From: Oscillospiraceae bacterium
Lineage (GTDB): Bacteria > Bacillota > Clostridia > Oscillospirales > Oscillospiraceae
Direction: 5' to 3'
Assembly: GCA_017458825.1 (NCBI GenBank)
Contig: JAFSZX010000019.1
Location: 4,352-68,351 of the forward strand
Length of the DNA: 64,000 nt
Of the stretch, positions 38,919-48,817 are shown in pieces. Within the stretch, counting starts at the first letter, position 1. Each line of letters opens with the position of its first letter. The notes beneath the pieces are model-generated. The model had not been told where the DNA came from, did not search any database, and saw nothing but the letters and a program-made list of their open reading frames with translations. A program made the translations under genes and the position numbers.

Positions 38919-39413
38919 ATGTATACAGCGCAGGTGATCACCGTCAGCGACAGGAGCTTTCGGGGCGAGCGGCGGGACGAGTCGGGTCCGGCGGTGCTTG
39001 AGATGCTTCGGGAGGCGGGATATGAGGTGCTGGGCGTGTCGGTGGTGCCGGATGAGGAGGCACAGATCCGGTCGGCGCTGTGCGCGGCGGCGGATGAGGA
39101 CGTGGCGCTGGTGGTGACCACCGGCGGCACCGGCTTTGCGCCCCGTGACGTAACGCCGGAGGCTACGCTGGCGGTGTGTGAGCGCCTGACCCCCGGGATC
39201 CCCGAAGCCATGCGGAGCGCCTCCCTTGCCGTTACGCCCAGAGCTATGCTCTCCCGGGCGGCGGCAGGGATCCGCGGCAGAACGCTGATCGTCAATCTCC
39301 CCGGCAGTCCCAAGGCGGCGCGGGAGAACCTTTCCGCGGTGCTATGCGCGCTGGAACACGGCTTGACCATGCTCCGCGGCGCCCCCGGCGACTGCGCCGC
39401 GCCGACGGAATGA
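38919..39413 (+). CDS. mogA: Molybdopterin adenylyltransferase (MogA/MoaB)
   Basis: TVSDR, TTGGTGFAPRDVTPEA, LSR and NLPGSP motifs. Confidence 0.9.
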   Translation: MYTAQVITVSDRSFRGERRDESGPAVLEMLREAGYEVLGVSVVPDEEAQIRSALCAAADEDVALVVTTGGTGFAPRDVTPEATLAVCERLTPGIPEAMRSASLAVTPRAMLSRAAAGIRGRTLIVNLPGSPKAARENLSAVLCALEHGLTMLRGAPGDCAAPTE

Positions 39414-39504
39414 ACCGCTGATATGAAAGCCGAACGCACCGCAGGAAACCCTGCGGTGCGCGTTTTTTATGTCAGGAACAGCGAGAGCCGTTTCCCTGCG
39501 GTTT

Positions 39505-40797
39505 TTAATCATACCATATCCTGTAGTATTGCAGTGCCTCCGCTTTTTGCGCCTCTGTCAGATTCGGGTCGTTTTTAATCTTCTGGACACCGTCGCTTGA
39601 ATACCAGGTTAACCCCAGATGTTGAAGATAGGATTTCGGGTCAAAACGGCTGTAGAGAGCAGAAGGCGAGTAATTGGTGTGATTACTGCTGCCGCTTGAG
39701 CTTGTAGTACCACCATTAAAACGATCTATCGCGTCAATAATGGCGCTTATCAAACTGTCGCACCTGCTGATTGCTGTTTCACTCAACGCTTTGTTCTTTA
39801 CTGCCCGAGCTTCCTCCAGTAAACCTTTGAATCCGTCACGGGTAAACATTTCCGACATATATCTTGAATAAATATAATACAACTCGCCATCCGGTATTTT
39901 ATTATCCGAAGCAGTTTTAAAATAAGGCTTTGCACGATCGTGAAGAGCTCTTTCCTCCTCAACGGTGCGTTCCGCACCATCAAATGTCAGCGCTTCACCG
40001 TAATACAGACAGGCGCGGGGTGAACCCAGATCCGCGGCTTTTTTCATAGCTGCCAGATCCGGGTTTTCTTTCTTGCACTCCTGTTCATAGATCTCGTCGC
40101 CCCGTCGTATATCGTCCTTTCTCAGCCATGTCGCGGCGGTATCCAACCCGACAGCTGCCAGCGATTCCATCTGCGCACGGCTGGGCTGCGCTTTGGCGGC
40201 TTCTTCAGAATAGAGTTTTTCCGCCTGCACCTTCGTTTCTGTCAGCTCTTTGTTCAAATCGTTTACCTGCTTTTGGCGGGCGGAAATCTTGCTTTCCAAT
40301 TCCGCCTCTTCCTGCTCACAAGCGTTTTTCTTCTTGGTTTCCCGCTTATACTGCACAACGGAAAAGATGAACATCAATGTCAAGGGTATTAGATACATCA
40401 AATATAGAAAGGGAATCATGTTAAAAATGAAATCAGCATCACCGGCAGGAACACCGGCGGCAAGAAGCAAGGAAGAAAGAGTTTTCCGCAGATGATCTCC
40501 ATTGCTCAACAAAAACACAGCGAAATCAAACAAAACGACACCACCGACAATGCCGCTGATGATCATGAATCGGCGCGCCGGCTTAATGTCTATCTTGCCG
40601 CATACATAGCGAATAGCCGCAATTATAGAGAACAGGGCACAGGGGGCGCCCAGCAAAAGCCAGATGAAGACGCGCCTACCTTTCCAGAGTGCATCAGAAT
40701 AGGTGTGGTATTCCGCCATCTCCTTTTCCAGCTTTAAAAGCTCTATTTCGTCCTGTGCTTCCGAGATATCCGCTTTGATTTTTTCAAATGCCCGCAT
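39505..40797 (-). CDS. Hypothetical protein: about 3 TMs, coiled coil, Sel1-like helical repeats
   Basis: Hydrophobic N-terminal half; EEAELESKISARQKQVNDLNKEL; MKKAADLGSPRACLYYG; ATG 40797 after GAAGGGAG. Confidence 0.7.
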   Translation of the reverse strand: MRAFEKIKADISEAQDEIELLKLEKEMAEYHTYSDALWKGRRVFIWLLLGAPCALFSIIAAIRYVCGKIDIKPARRFMIISGIVGGVVLFDFAVFLLSNGDHLRKTLSSLLLAAGVPAGDADFIFNMIPFLYLMYLIPLTLMFIFSVVQYKRETKKKNACEQEEAELESKISARQKQVNDLNKELTETKVQAEKLYSEEAAKAQPSRAQMESLAAVGLDTAATWLRKDDIRRGDEIYEQECKKENPDLAAMKKAADLGSPRACLYYGEALTFDGAERTVEEERALHDRAKPYFKTASDNKIPDGELYYIYSRYMSEMFTRDGFKGLLEEARAVKNKALSETAISRCDSLISAIIDAIDRFNGGTTSSSGSSNHTNYSPSALYSRFDPKSYLQHLGLTWYSSDGVQKIKNDPNLTEAQKAEALQYYRIWYD

Positions 40798-40909
40798 TTT
40801 TTTTCTCCCTTCAATAGTTTGCACCTATATAAGTGCATATGCATCATAACATACTCCTATAATAGTGTCAACGGTTTTGTTCTCAAACAGGTGCAAAAGG
40901 TGTTGTGTT

Positions 40910-41137
40910 ATGAACCATACCATCGAAAAGCGAATCGGCGGCAACATTCGCGCGCTGCGCGAAAGAGCGGGCATGACGCAGGAACAGCTCTCCGCCCGAC
41001 TGCAAATTGAAGGCTGTGATATAACAAGAAGCGCCGTCGCCAAGATCGAAGTGGGGCAGAGGCACCTGTACCCGGACGAAATCATGCTGATCCGGAAAAT
41101 ACTGCATGTAACGTTTGATGATATCTTTGCGCAATAA
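40910..41137 (+). CDS. XRE-family HTH regulator
   Basis: IRALRERAGMTQEQLSARL...SAVAKIEVGQR. Confidence 0.88.
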   Translation: MNHTIEKRIGGNIRALRERAGMTQEQLSARLQIEGCDITRSAVAKIEVGQRHLYPDEIMLIRKILHVTFDDIFAQ

Positions 41138-41336
41138 GCGGGATGCGGATCGTATGGAAAGCAGCCGTTGCAAACGGCGAAAACGCCCGGACAGGCTCCG
41201 GGCGTTTTTTACCTTTTGGGAGGATATTCGCCTGTCATGCGCCGCGCCGACGGAATGAACCGATTTCATCATGAGAAGCATCGCGCGGTCTTGCGCGGTG
41301 CTTTTTTTGCCATGTTCTATTGACAGTTGAACGAAC

Positions 41337-41356
41337 ATATGATAATATATTCATAT
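41337..41356. promoter_or_regulatory. ArsR/SmtB-type operator
   Basis: ATATGA-N8-TCATAT palindrome downstream of TTGACA (41320). Confidence 0.65.
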
Positions 41357-41383
41357 AATCAAGCGTAGCAGGGAGGCGAAGAG

Positions 41384-41716
41384 ATGGAGGAGATACGCAA
41401 GGGCAGCGAGGCGGAGAAGCACAAAATCGCCAACGCGGCGGAGGATGAATTGAGCGATCTGGCGGAGCTTTTTAAGGTGTTCGGCGATTCTACCAGGATC
41501 CGTATTCTGTACGATCTCTACGGCGGAGAGAAAAACGTAACGGAGATCTGCGAGGATCTGGAGATGAACCAGTCCGCCATATCCCATCAGCTTCGGCTTT
41601 TGAAGACGGCGGGGCTGATCCGTGCCCGTCGGGAGGGGAAGCTGATGATCTACGCACTGGCGGACGACCATGTGAAGACGATTCTTGCCATGGGCAAGGA
41701 GCATATCGAGGAATAG
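41384..41716 (+). CDS. ArsR/SmtB/CadC metal-sensing repressor
   Basis: LFKVFGDSTRIRIL, SAISHQLR and YALADDHV...EH motifs. Confidence 0.92.
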   Translation: MEEIRKGSEAEKHKIANAAEDELSDLAELFKVFGDSTRIRILYDLYGGEKNVTEICEDLEMNQSAISHQLRLLKTAGLIRARREGKLMIYALADDHVKTILAMGKEHIEE

Positions 41717-41736
41717 AAAAAGGGAGAGAAGAGACC

Positions 41737-41952
41737 ATGAAAAAGAAATTCAACTGTGAGATCGACTGCGCCAACTGCGCCGCCAAGGTGGAAGACGCCA
41801 TCGCCAAGCTGGACGGCGTGGAGAGCGTGCGGATCAACTTCATGATGCAGAAATTCACGCTGGAGGCGCCGGACGAGCGGTTTGACGAGGTGCTTCGCGC
41901 CGCCGTTGCCGCCGGAAAGAAGATCGAGCCGGACTTCTCCGTGGAGTGCTGA
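41737..41952 (+). CDS. Stand-alone heavy-metal-associated (HMA) domain protein
   Basis: DCANCAAKVE motif, 71 aa. Confidence 0.88.
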   Translation: MKKKFNCEIDCANCAAKVEDAIAKLDGVESVRINFMMQKFTLEAPDERFDEVLRAAVAAGKKIEPDFSVEC

Positions 41953-41958
41953 CGCGCC

Positions 41959-43869
41959 ATGGAGCGAAAGCAGAAGCGGAGGCTGCGCCGCATAATACTG
42001 GCGGCGGCACTGTTCGCGGCGGTGCTGGCAGTAGACCGGCTGGGCGTTTTGCCGGCGGTATTCACAAACCGCTACTACGCTATGGCGCTGTATCTGGCGC
42101 CCTATCTTCTGTGCGGCACGCCAGTACTGCGCAAGGCGGTGCTGGGGGTGAAGAACCGCCAGCCCTTTGACGAGTGTTTTTTGATGACGGTCGCCACGGT
42201 GGGCGCCTTTGCCACGGCGGAAAATGCCGAGGCGGTGGCGGTGATGCTCTTTTATCAGGTGGGCGAGTGGTTTCAGGACTACGCCGTGGGGCGTTCCCGC
42301 GGTTCTGTCAAGGCGCTGATGGAGATCGTGCCGACCTTCGCGCGGGTGGAGCGAATCGGCGCGGTGGAGACCGTGGAGCCGGACGAGGTGGCGGTGGGAG
42401 ACGTGCTGGTGATCCGCCCGGGAGAACGGATCCCGGTGGACGGCACGGTGCTCTCCGGGGAGAGCTGGCTGGATACCTCCGCTCTCACGGGCGAAAGCGT
42501 ACCCCGCCGCGCCGGCGAGGGCACGGGCGTGGTGTCCGGCTGCATCAACGGCGAGGGATTACTGCGCGTGCGGTGCGACAAGGTGTTTGAGGATTCCGCG
42601 GTGTCCCGTATTCTGGCGCTGGTGGAGGAGGCGGCGGAGAAAAAATCCGCCACGGAACAGTTTATCACCCGCTTTGCCCGCCACTATACGCCGGCGGTGG
42701 TCTTTTCGGCGCTGGCGCTGGCGTTGGTGCCGCCGATCTTTGGCGGCGCGTGGAGCACGTGGATCTACCGCGCCTGTGCGTTTCTCGTCATCTCCTGTCC
42801 CTGCGCGCTGGTGATCTCGGTGCCGCTGGCGTTTTTCGGCGGGATCGGCGCGGCAAGCCGGTGCGGCGTTTTGGTGAAAGGCTCCAACTATCTGGAGCTG
42901 TTGGCAAGACTTGACACGGTGGTGTCGGATAAGACCGGCACGCTGACAAAAGGACAGTTTAAGGTCTCCGCCATCCTGTGCGCGAAAGACGTGTCGCGGA
43001 TGGATCTGCTGGCGGCGGTATCGGCGGCGGAGAGCGGCTCTACCCACCCCATCGCCCAGGCGATTTTGCGCGATGCCGCGGAGGAGGGGATCGTGCCGCC
43101 TGCGGCGCAGGAAGTGCAAAACCACGCCGGCAGCGGCGTCACGGCGCTGGTATCGGGCGAGACGGTACTGGTGGGCAGTGAGGCGTTTTTGGAGCAAGCG
43201 GGGATTTCCTGTACCGCCGAAGTGCCGGAGGGTGTGACGGTATGCCACGCGGCGCGAAACGGCGTGTATCTGGGCGCCGTCTGCATCAGCGACGCGGTGA
43301 AGGACGAGGCGCCCCAGGCGATCCGCGCCCTTCGCCGACAGGGCGTTCGGCGTATGGTGATGCTCACCGGCGACCGCGCGCCCGCCGCCCTTGCCGTGGC
43401 ACGCACGCTGGGAGTAGATGAGGTGTACGCCAGGCTCCTGCCCGGCGACAAGGTGGCGAAGGTGGAGGAACTGCTCGCCACGCTTCCGGCAGGCGGGCGG
43501 CTCGCCTTTATCGGTGACGGGATCAACGACGCGCCGGTTTTGCGACGCGCCGACGTGGGGATCGCCATGGGGTCTCTCGGCTCCGACGCCGCCATTGAGG
43601 CCGCCGACGTGGTGATCATGGACGACGATCTGCGCCGTTTGCCCCGGGTGATGGAGATCGCCCGGCGCACGGTGACGGTATCCCGGCAGAACATCGTGTT
43701 CGCGCTGGCGGTGAAGGCGGCGGTGCTGATCATCAGCGCCGCGGGGCTTGCCACCATGTGGACGGCGGTATTTGCCGACGTGGGCGTGGCGGTGCTGTGC
43801 ATTCTCAACGCCATGCGCCTTCTCTCGGCGCACCGGACGGTTGACAAGGACAGCCCGGAGCGGCTATAA
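41959..43869 (+). CDS. cadA: Zn/Cd/Co-type P1B ATPase
   Basis: TGES, SCPCAL, DKTGT, HP and GDGINDAP motifs; no N-terminal metal-binding domain. Confidence 0.9.
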   Translation: MERKQKRRLRRIILAAALFAAVLAVDRLGVLPAVFTNRYYAMALYLAPYLLCGTPVLRKAVLGVKNRQPFDECFLMTVATVGAFATAENAEAVAVMLFYQVGEWFQDYAVGRSRGSVKALMEIVPTFARVERIGAVETVEPDEVAVGDVLVIRPGERIPVDGTVLSGESWLDTSALTGESVPRRAGEGTGVVSGCINGEGLLRVRCDKVFEDSAVSRILALVEEAAEKKSATEQFITRFARHYTPAVVFSALALALVPPIFGGAWSTWIYRACAFLVISCPCALVISVPLAFFGGIGAASRCGVLVKGSNYLELLARLDTVVSDKTGTLTKGQFKVSAILCAKDVSRMDLLAAVSAAESGSTHPIAQAILRDAAEEGIVPPAAQEVQNHAGSGVTALVSGETVLVGSEAFLEQAGISCTAEVPEGVTVCHAARNGVYLGAVCISDAVKDEAPQAIRALRRQGVRRMVMLTGDRAPAALAVARTLGVDEVYARLLPGDKVAKVEELLATLPAGGRLAFIGDGINDAPVLRRADVGIAMGSLGSDAAIEAADVVIMDDDLRRLPRVMEIARRTVTVSRQNIVFALAVKAAVLIISAAGLATMWTAVFADVGVAVLCILNAMRLLSAHRTVDKDSPERL

Positions 43870-43904
43870 TGCTTTCAACGTATCATAACAAGGGGGAAAC
43901 CGAC

Positions 43905-44165
43905 ATGGACTATTCCTATCGTACCCATACCGTATGTTCGATGGAGATCCGGTTCCATATTGAGGACGACGTGATCACCGGCATCCGCTTCATCGGCGGC
44001 TGTGACGGAAATCTGAAAGCCATCGCCAAGCTGGTGGACGGCTGGACGGTGGAGCAGATCGAGGAGAAGCTCAAGGGCAATACCTGCGGTCCGCGCCCCA
44101 CGTCCTGCGCCGATCAGCTCGCCATCGCCGTGCGCAAGGCGTACAACGAGCTCCACGCGGCGTAA
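43905..44165 (+). CDS. TIGR03905 family TSCPD domain protein
   Basis: GGCDGNL and CGPRPTSCADQL motifs. Confidence 0.88.
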   Translation: MDYSYRTHTVCSMEIRFHIEDDVITGIRFIGGCDGNLKAIAKLVDGWTVEQIEEKLKGNTCGPRPTSCADQLAIAVRKAYNELHAA

Positions 44166-44175
44166 GCGGTATAGG

Positions 44176-44215
44176 AAAAAAGAGAGAACGGCTTCCTGCC
44201 GTTCTCTCTTTTTTT
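44176..44215. terminator. Bidirectional terminator
   Basis: AAAAAAGAGAGAACGGC-TTCCT-GCCGTTCTCTCTTTTTT. Confidence 0.85.
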
Positions 44216-44223
44216 ATACGGGT

Positions 44224-44787
44224 CTACGCCTCCTGCGCCAGCTTGCGGACGGTGTCTTGACGCACCGCCTGGCGCAAGGCGGTCAGGTACGGGGAGAAGG
44301 CGGCGGCGTCCTCGCCGTAGGTCAGGTTCAATTCCCGTTCCAGCGGCAGCCACGTGGCAAGAGGCGATTCGTTGTGCTGGATCACCGCCTCCAGCTTGTC
44401 CAGCGCCTTATAGAGCTTGGCTTCCGGCGTTATCAAAGCGTCCATTTCCGCGTAAAGCGCGGTGAGCTCTTCCCGATACGGCGGCGGCAGCGTGTCGACC
44501 CACGCCCGAAGAAGACGCGATTCCTTTTTCTCATCGCCGGCGTTTTTTTCAAAGGTGGGAATATCACCGGTGAAACATTCGCCCAGATCGTGGATCATGC
44601 ACATCCGGATGACCCGATCCATATCCAGATCGGGGAACTCGTCTTTGAGGAAATAGGCGAAAAGACACAGGCGCCAGCTGTGCTCAGCCACGCTTTCATG
44701 CCGCATGCCGGAGGTGTGACAGTGACGGGTGGCGTCTTTGAGACGCTCGAAAAGATGGAGTTGCCGGAGCAAAAGAGTGACTTCCAT
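44224..44787 (-). CDS. HD domain phosphohydrolase (HD_3-like)
   Basis: ESVAEHSWR, IHDLGE.FTGD and ALDKLEA motifs. Confidence 0.88.
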   Translation of the reverse strand: MEVTLLLRQLHLFERLKDATRHCHTSGMRHESVAEHSWRLCLFAYFLKDEFPDLDMDRVIRMCMIHDLGECFTGDIPTFEKNAGDEKKESRLLRAWVDTLPPPYREELTALYAEMDALITPEAKLYKALDKLEAVIQHNESPLATWLPLERELNLTYGEDAAAFSPYLTALRQAVRQDTVRKLAQEA

Positions 44788-44803
44788 AGACGCCTCCTGC
44801 GTA

Positions 44804-46534
44804 TCAGATATACTGCTGGGAATTCACGTCGTACACGCCGCGGGTGGTGATGCGCAGCGCCGGGATCACCGGCAGCGCCATGAAGCTGAGGGTCATAAAA
44901 GGATCGATCCCGGGGTTCACGCCGGCGGCAAAGCACCGCGCCTTGGCGCGCTCCAGCTTCTCATTTACCGTGACCAGCGGCTCGTCGGACATGATACCGG
45001 CGATCGCCAGCGGCACCTCCGCCGTTACGGCGCCGTTTTCCGCCACCACGATACCGCCGCCCAGCTCGATCACACGATTTGCCGCCAGCGCCATATCCGC
45101 TTCGTTGGCGCCTACCACGATGATATTGTGGGAGTCATGGCTGATGGAGGTCGCCACCGCGCCGTGGCGCAGACCGTAGCCCTTGATATAGCCGATGCCG
45201 ATATGCTTGGTGTTCTTATGCCGCTCCACCACGGCGATCTTGAGGATGTCGTTCTCCGCGTCGATATGATCGGCATATCCGGCGTCGGTGGTGGTGATCT
45301 CGCCGCTGACCATGCCGATCACACCACGGGGACGGCTGTCGGCAAAGCTCTCCGGCGTCAGGGTGCGCAGATGGAACGTGTCGTGGCTCTTGGCGGTCAG
45401 GTACGGGTCGATCTCCGGCGCGGCAAAGCCGGTCAGCACGCCGTGGTCGCACATGAGAGCGCCTTTTTTGTAGACCTGCTCGATGGTGAAGGAGGCAAAG
45501 TCGTCGATCACCACGAAGTCCGCCAGATACCCCGGTGCGATCGCGCCGCGGTTATTGAGCAGAAAGTACCGCGCGGCGTTGTGGCAGGCCGCCTTGACCG
45601 CAAGGATGGGGTCGGCGCCCAGGGCGATGGCGCGCTTTACGATATAGTCGATATGCCCCGTTTCCAGCAGGTCGTTGGGGTGCTTATCGTCGGTACAGAA
45701 CATACAGCGCTCCACGTATTGATCGCACAGAAGCGGGACCAGTGCCTCCAGATTCCGGGCGGCGGTGCCGTCCCGTATCATAATGAACTGCCCGCGCCGG
45801 AGCTTGGCGAGAGCGTCCTCCAGCCGGTAGCACTCATGGTCGGAATACACGCCGGCGGCAATGTAGGCGTTGAGATTGTTGCCCGAAAGATCCGGGGCGT
45901 GCCCGTCGATCTTCTTATGGTGCGCCTGAGCGGCAACGATCTTGGATACCACGTCCGGGAAGGCGTGGGTCACGCCGTAGGCGTTCATCATCTCCGCCAG
46001 ACCCTGCACCCGGGGGTGATCGTAGAACGAATCGATGGCCCGATAGTCCAGATTGGCGCCGGACTCGTCCAGCGGCGTGGCGGGAACGCAGGACGGGAGC
46101 ATAAAGCGCACGTCCACCGGCAGTCCCTCGGTAGCCTGGAGCATATATTCGATACCGTCGGTACCCATGACGTTGGTGATCTCGTGGGGGTCGGTGATGA
46201 CGGTGGTGGTGCCGTGGGGCAGTACCGCCTTGGCAAATTCCGTGGGCGTGACCAGGGAGCTTTCCAGGTGGATATGGGCGTCTAAAAATCCGGGCAGAAC
46301 GATCTTGCCGGACACGTCCGATTCCCGAACGCCCTCATAGGAGCCCATGCCCACGATGAGACCCTCCGCCACGGCGATATCGCCCTGGCACAGCTCGTTG
46401 GAGAATACGTTCACGTAGGTGGCGTTTTTCAAAACCAGATCCGCTTTTTCGCGCCCTGCCGCCACGTTGATAATCCGCAGTTTCTTGTTGAGCTTCCGAT
46501 TGATCTTGCCGGCATAGCTTTCACTTGTCGCCAT
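44804..46534 (-). CDS. adeC: Adenine deaminase
   Basis: DAHIHLESS, DPHEI, DHEC, TDDKH, HDSHN and LSFMALPVIP motifs. Confidence 0.95.
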   Translation of the reverse strand: MATSESYAGKINRKLNKKLRIINVAAGREKADLVLKNATYVNVFSNELCQGDIAVAEGLIVGMGSYEGVRESDVSGKIVLPGFLDAHIHLESSLVTPTEFAKAVLPHGTTTVITDPHEITNVMGTDGIEYMLQATEGLPVDVRFMLPSCVPATPLDESGANLDYRAIDSFYDHPRVQGLAEMMNAYGVTHAFPDVVSKIVAAQAHHKKIDGHAPDLSGNNLNAYIAAGVYSDHECYRLEDALAKLRRGQFIMIRDGTAARNLEALVPLLCDQYVERCMFCTDDKHPNDLLETGHIDYIVKRAIALGADPILAVKAACHNAARYFLLNNRGAIAPGYLADFVVIDDFASFTIEQVYKKGALMCDHGVLTGFAAPEIDPYLTAKSHDTFHLRTLTPESFADSRPRGVIGMVSGEITTTDAGYADHIDAENDILKIAVVERHKNTKHIGIGYIKGYGLRHGAVATSISHDSHNIIVVGANEADMALAANRVIELGGGIVVAENGAVTAEVPLAIAGIMSDEPLVTVNEKLERAKARCFAAGVNPGIDPFMTLSFMALPVIPALRITTRGVYDVNSQQYI

Positions 46535-46604
46535 AGCTGAACCTCCTGTGGTTTATTCGCGTTTTGAAAAGCTCCGGCACCTCGCAAGGCGCCGGAGCAG
46601 GGCA

Positions 46605-47165
46605 TTATTTCACTGTGCCGTCCGGGTTGAACAGCGGCAGTTTTTCCAGATAACGGATGTCGGGCCGATCCGCGGCGGCGCCTTCCGCCAGGACCGCGAT
46701 CCTGCCGGCCACCGTGCCGCCTGCCAGCGCCACCAGATCCTCCATCGCCTTGATACTGCCGCCGGTGGAGATCACGTCGTCAATGAGCAGGACGCGCTTA
46801 CCGCGGATCAGATCGGCGTCGTCACGACCCAGATAGAGCTTCTGGGCGCCGGCGGTGGTGATGGAATGATCCTCCACGTGGATGGGATCGGGCATATACG
46901 CCTTGGGACCCTTACGGGCGATAAAATACTTCTTCGCGCCGGACTGCCGCGCCATCTCATGAATGAGGGGGATGCTCTTTGCCTCGGCGGTGAAGAGATA
47001 ATCGTACGCGGAGGGGTCCACCAGCTTCAAAAGCTCCCGCGCACAGGCTACGGTCAGCTCCGCGTCGCCAAAACAGATGAACGCGCCGATATACAGCTCG
47101 TCGTTGATACGGCACAGGGGCAGTCGGCGCGTTACGCCCGCCACGGTCATGGTATAGGTCAGCAT
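46605..47165 (-). CDS. Type I phosphoribosyltransferase (adenine/purine PRT-like)
   Basis: TAEAKSIPL, ARK and VLLIDDVISTGGS motifs; adjacent to adeC. Confidence 0.85.
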   Translation of the reverse strand: MLTYTMTVAGVTRRLPLCRINDELYIGAFICFGDAELTVACARELLKLVDPSAYDYLFTAEAKSIPLIHEMARQSGAKKYFIARKGPKAYMPDPIHVEDHSITTAGAQKLYLGRDDADLIRGKRVLLIDDVISTGGSIKAMEDLVALAGGTVAGRIAVLAEGAAADRPDIRYLEKLPLFNPDGTVK

Positions 47166-47405
47166 ACAAAACTCCTTCGCGCCGCCGCTCACCGCGGCGC
47201 TGTTTTTTTGGGAAAAGCACTTTGTGACAACCTGTCACGTTACGTTTATTATAAAGCATACCGCAAAATTGTCAAGACCGGAAGAGAATGGCTTTTTTAT
47301 AAAATGCGGTAAATTTTCTCTTGTGAAAAAAGGGAAAAGGTGGTATGATACCAAAGGCGCGGAGCTGCCAAAATGCGCTATCTACGATAAGGGGGAAATT
47401 CGACA

Positions 47406-48758
47406 ATGAATGCCTATCTTGCAAGAGTTCTGGAGGACGTAAAAACCAAGCACGCCGGCGAGCCGGAGTTCGTGCAGACGGTGGAGGAAGTGTTCTCTTC
47501 TCTGGAGCCGGTGATCGAAAAGCATCCCGAGTATGAGAAGGTAGATCTGCTGGGCCGCATGGTGGAGCCGGAGCGGATGTTCACCTTCCGTGTGGTCTGG
47601 TGCGACGATAACGGTCAGTGGCACACCAACCGGGGCTGGCGCTGTCAGTTCAACGGCGCTATCGGACCCTATAAGGGCGGCTTGCGGTTCCAAAAGAACG
47701 TCTATGAAGGCATCATTAAGTTCCTCGGTTTTGAGCAGACATTCAAGAACAGCCTCACCGGACTGCCCATCGGCGGCGCCAAGGGCGGCTCCGATTTTGA
47801 CCCCGCCGGCAAGTCCGACGCGGAGGTCATGCGGTTTTGCCAGAGCTTCATGTCGGCGCTGTACCGCTATATCGGGCCGGATATCGACGTGCCTGCCGGC
47901 GATATGGGCGTAGGCGGTCGGGAGATCGGTTATCTCTTCGGGCAGTACCGCAGGCTCAAGGGCGTGTGGGAAAACGGCGTGCTCACCGGCAAGGGCCTTT
48001 CCTACGGCGGCAGTCTGATCCGTCCCGAAGCCACCGGCTACGGCGCGGTGTACTATCTGCAGGAAGTGCTGGGGCACGAGAACGACACCATTGACGGGAA
48101 GAAGATCGCCATTTCCGGCTACGGTAACGTGGGCTGGGGCATTATGAAAAAGGCCGCCCAGCTTGGCGCGGCGGTCACGTATTTTGCCGGGCCCGACGGC
48201 TATATCCACGACGGCGACGGCGTGGTGACGGAGGAGAAGCTGAACTTCATTTTGAAGATGCGCGCCGAGGATCCCATGCACTGCAAGCCCTATGCCGACA
48301 AGTTCGGCGTGGAGTTCGTGCCGGGCAAGAAGTGTTGGGGCGTGAAGGACGTGGATATTTATATGCCCGCCGCTATGCAGAACGACGTGAAGATGGACTC
48401 GGCGGAGAAGATCGCCGCCTCCGGCGTGAAGTATTACATCGAAGTTGCCAATATGCCTACCACCAACGACGCGCTGAACTATCTGCGCGCCCAGAAGCAC
48501 ATGATCGTGGCGCCGTCCAAGGCGGTGAACGCCGGCGGCGTGGGCGTGTCGGCGCTGGAGATGGCGCAAAACTCCGAGCGCCTGGTCTGGACGGCGGAGG
48601 AGGTGGACGCCCAGCTCCACAAGATGATGGAGACCATCCACCGCGTGTCCGCCGAGGCGGCGGAGGAATACGGGCTTGGCTACGATCTGGTGGCAGGCGC
48701 CAACATCGCCGGCTTCAAGAAGGTGGCGGAGGCCATGATGGAGCAGGGCTGCTTCTGA
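47406..48758 (+). CDS. gdhA: Glutamate dehydrogenase (NADP-type family)
   Basis: GPYKGGLRF, GGAKGGSDF, RPEATGYG and GANIAGF motifs. Confidence 0.96.
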   Translation: MNAYLARVLEDVKTKHAGEPEFVQTVEEVFSSLEPVIEKHPEYEKVDLLGRMVEPERMFTFRVVWCDDNGQWHTNRGWRCQFNGAIGPYKGGLRFQKNVYEGIIKFLGFEQTFKNSLTGLPIGGAKGGSDFDPAGKSDAEVMRFCQSFMSALYRYIGPDIDVPAGDMGVGGREIGYLFGQYRRLKGVWENGVLTGKGLSYGGSLIRPEATGYGAVYYLQEVLGHENDTIDGKKIAISGYGNVGWGIMKKAAQLGAAVTYFAGPDGYIHDGDGVVTEEKLNFILKMRAEDPMHCKPYADKFGVEFVPGKKCWGVKDVDIYMPAAMQNDVKMDSAEKIAASGVKYYIEVANMPTTNDALNYLRAQKHMIVAPSKAVNAGGVGVSALEMAQNSERLVWTAEEVDAQLHKMMETIHRVSAEAAEEYGLGYDLVAGANIAGFKKVAEAMMEQGCF

Positions 48759-48817
48759 TAATAACCGCAAAAATATACCCCCGACCGGGAAAGTCGGGGG
48801 TATCTTTTTACCTGTCG

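Larger units (their letters stand above)
39393..41262. mobile_element. Small islet bounded by a 25-bp direct repeat of the mogA 3' end; no integrase
   Basis: TGCGCCGCGCCGACGGAATGAACCG at 39393-39417 and 41238-41262, each followed by a terminator; interior is lower in GC. Confidence 0.75.

Noticed and set aside
41737-43869. Frameshifted cadA pseudogene (HMA domain split off)
   Set aside because: Both ORFs have their own starts and intact motifs; stand-alone HMA genes beside P1B ATPases are common.
47345-47365. CAAAGGCG after the gdhA promoter as an ANTAR site
   Set aside because: No supporting stem around the hexamer and no downstream terminator.
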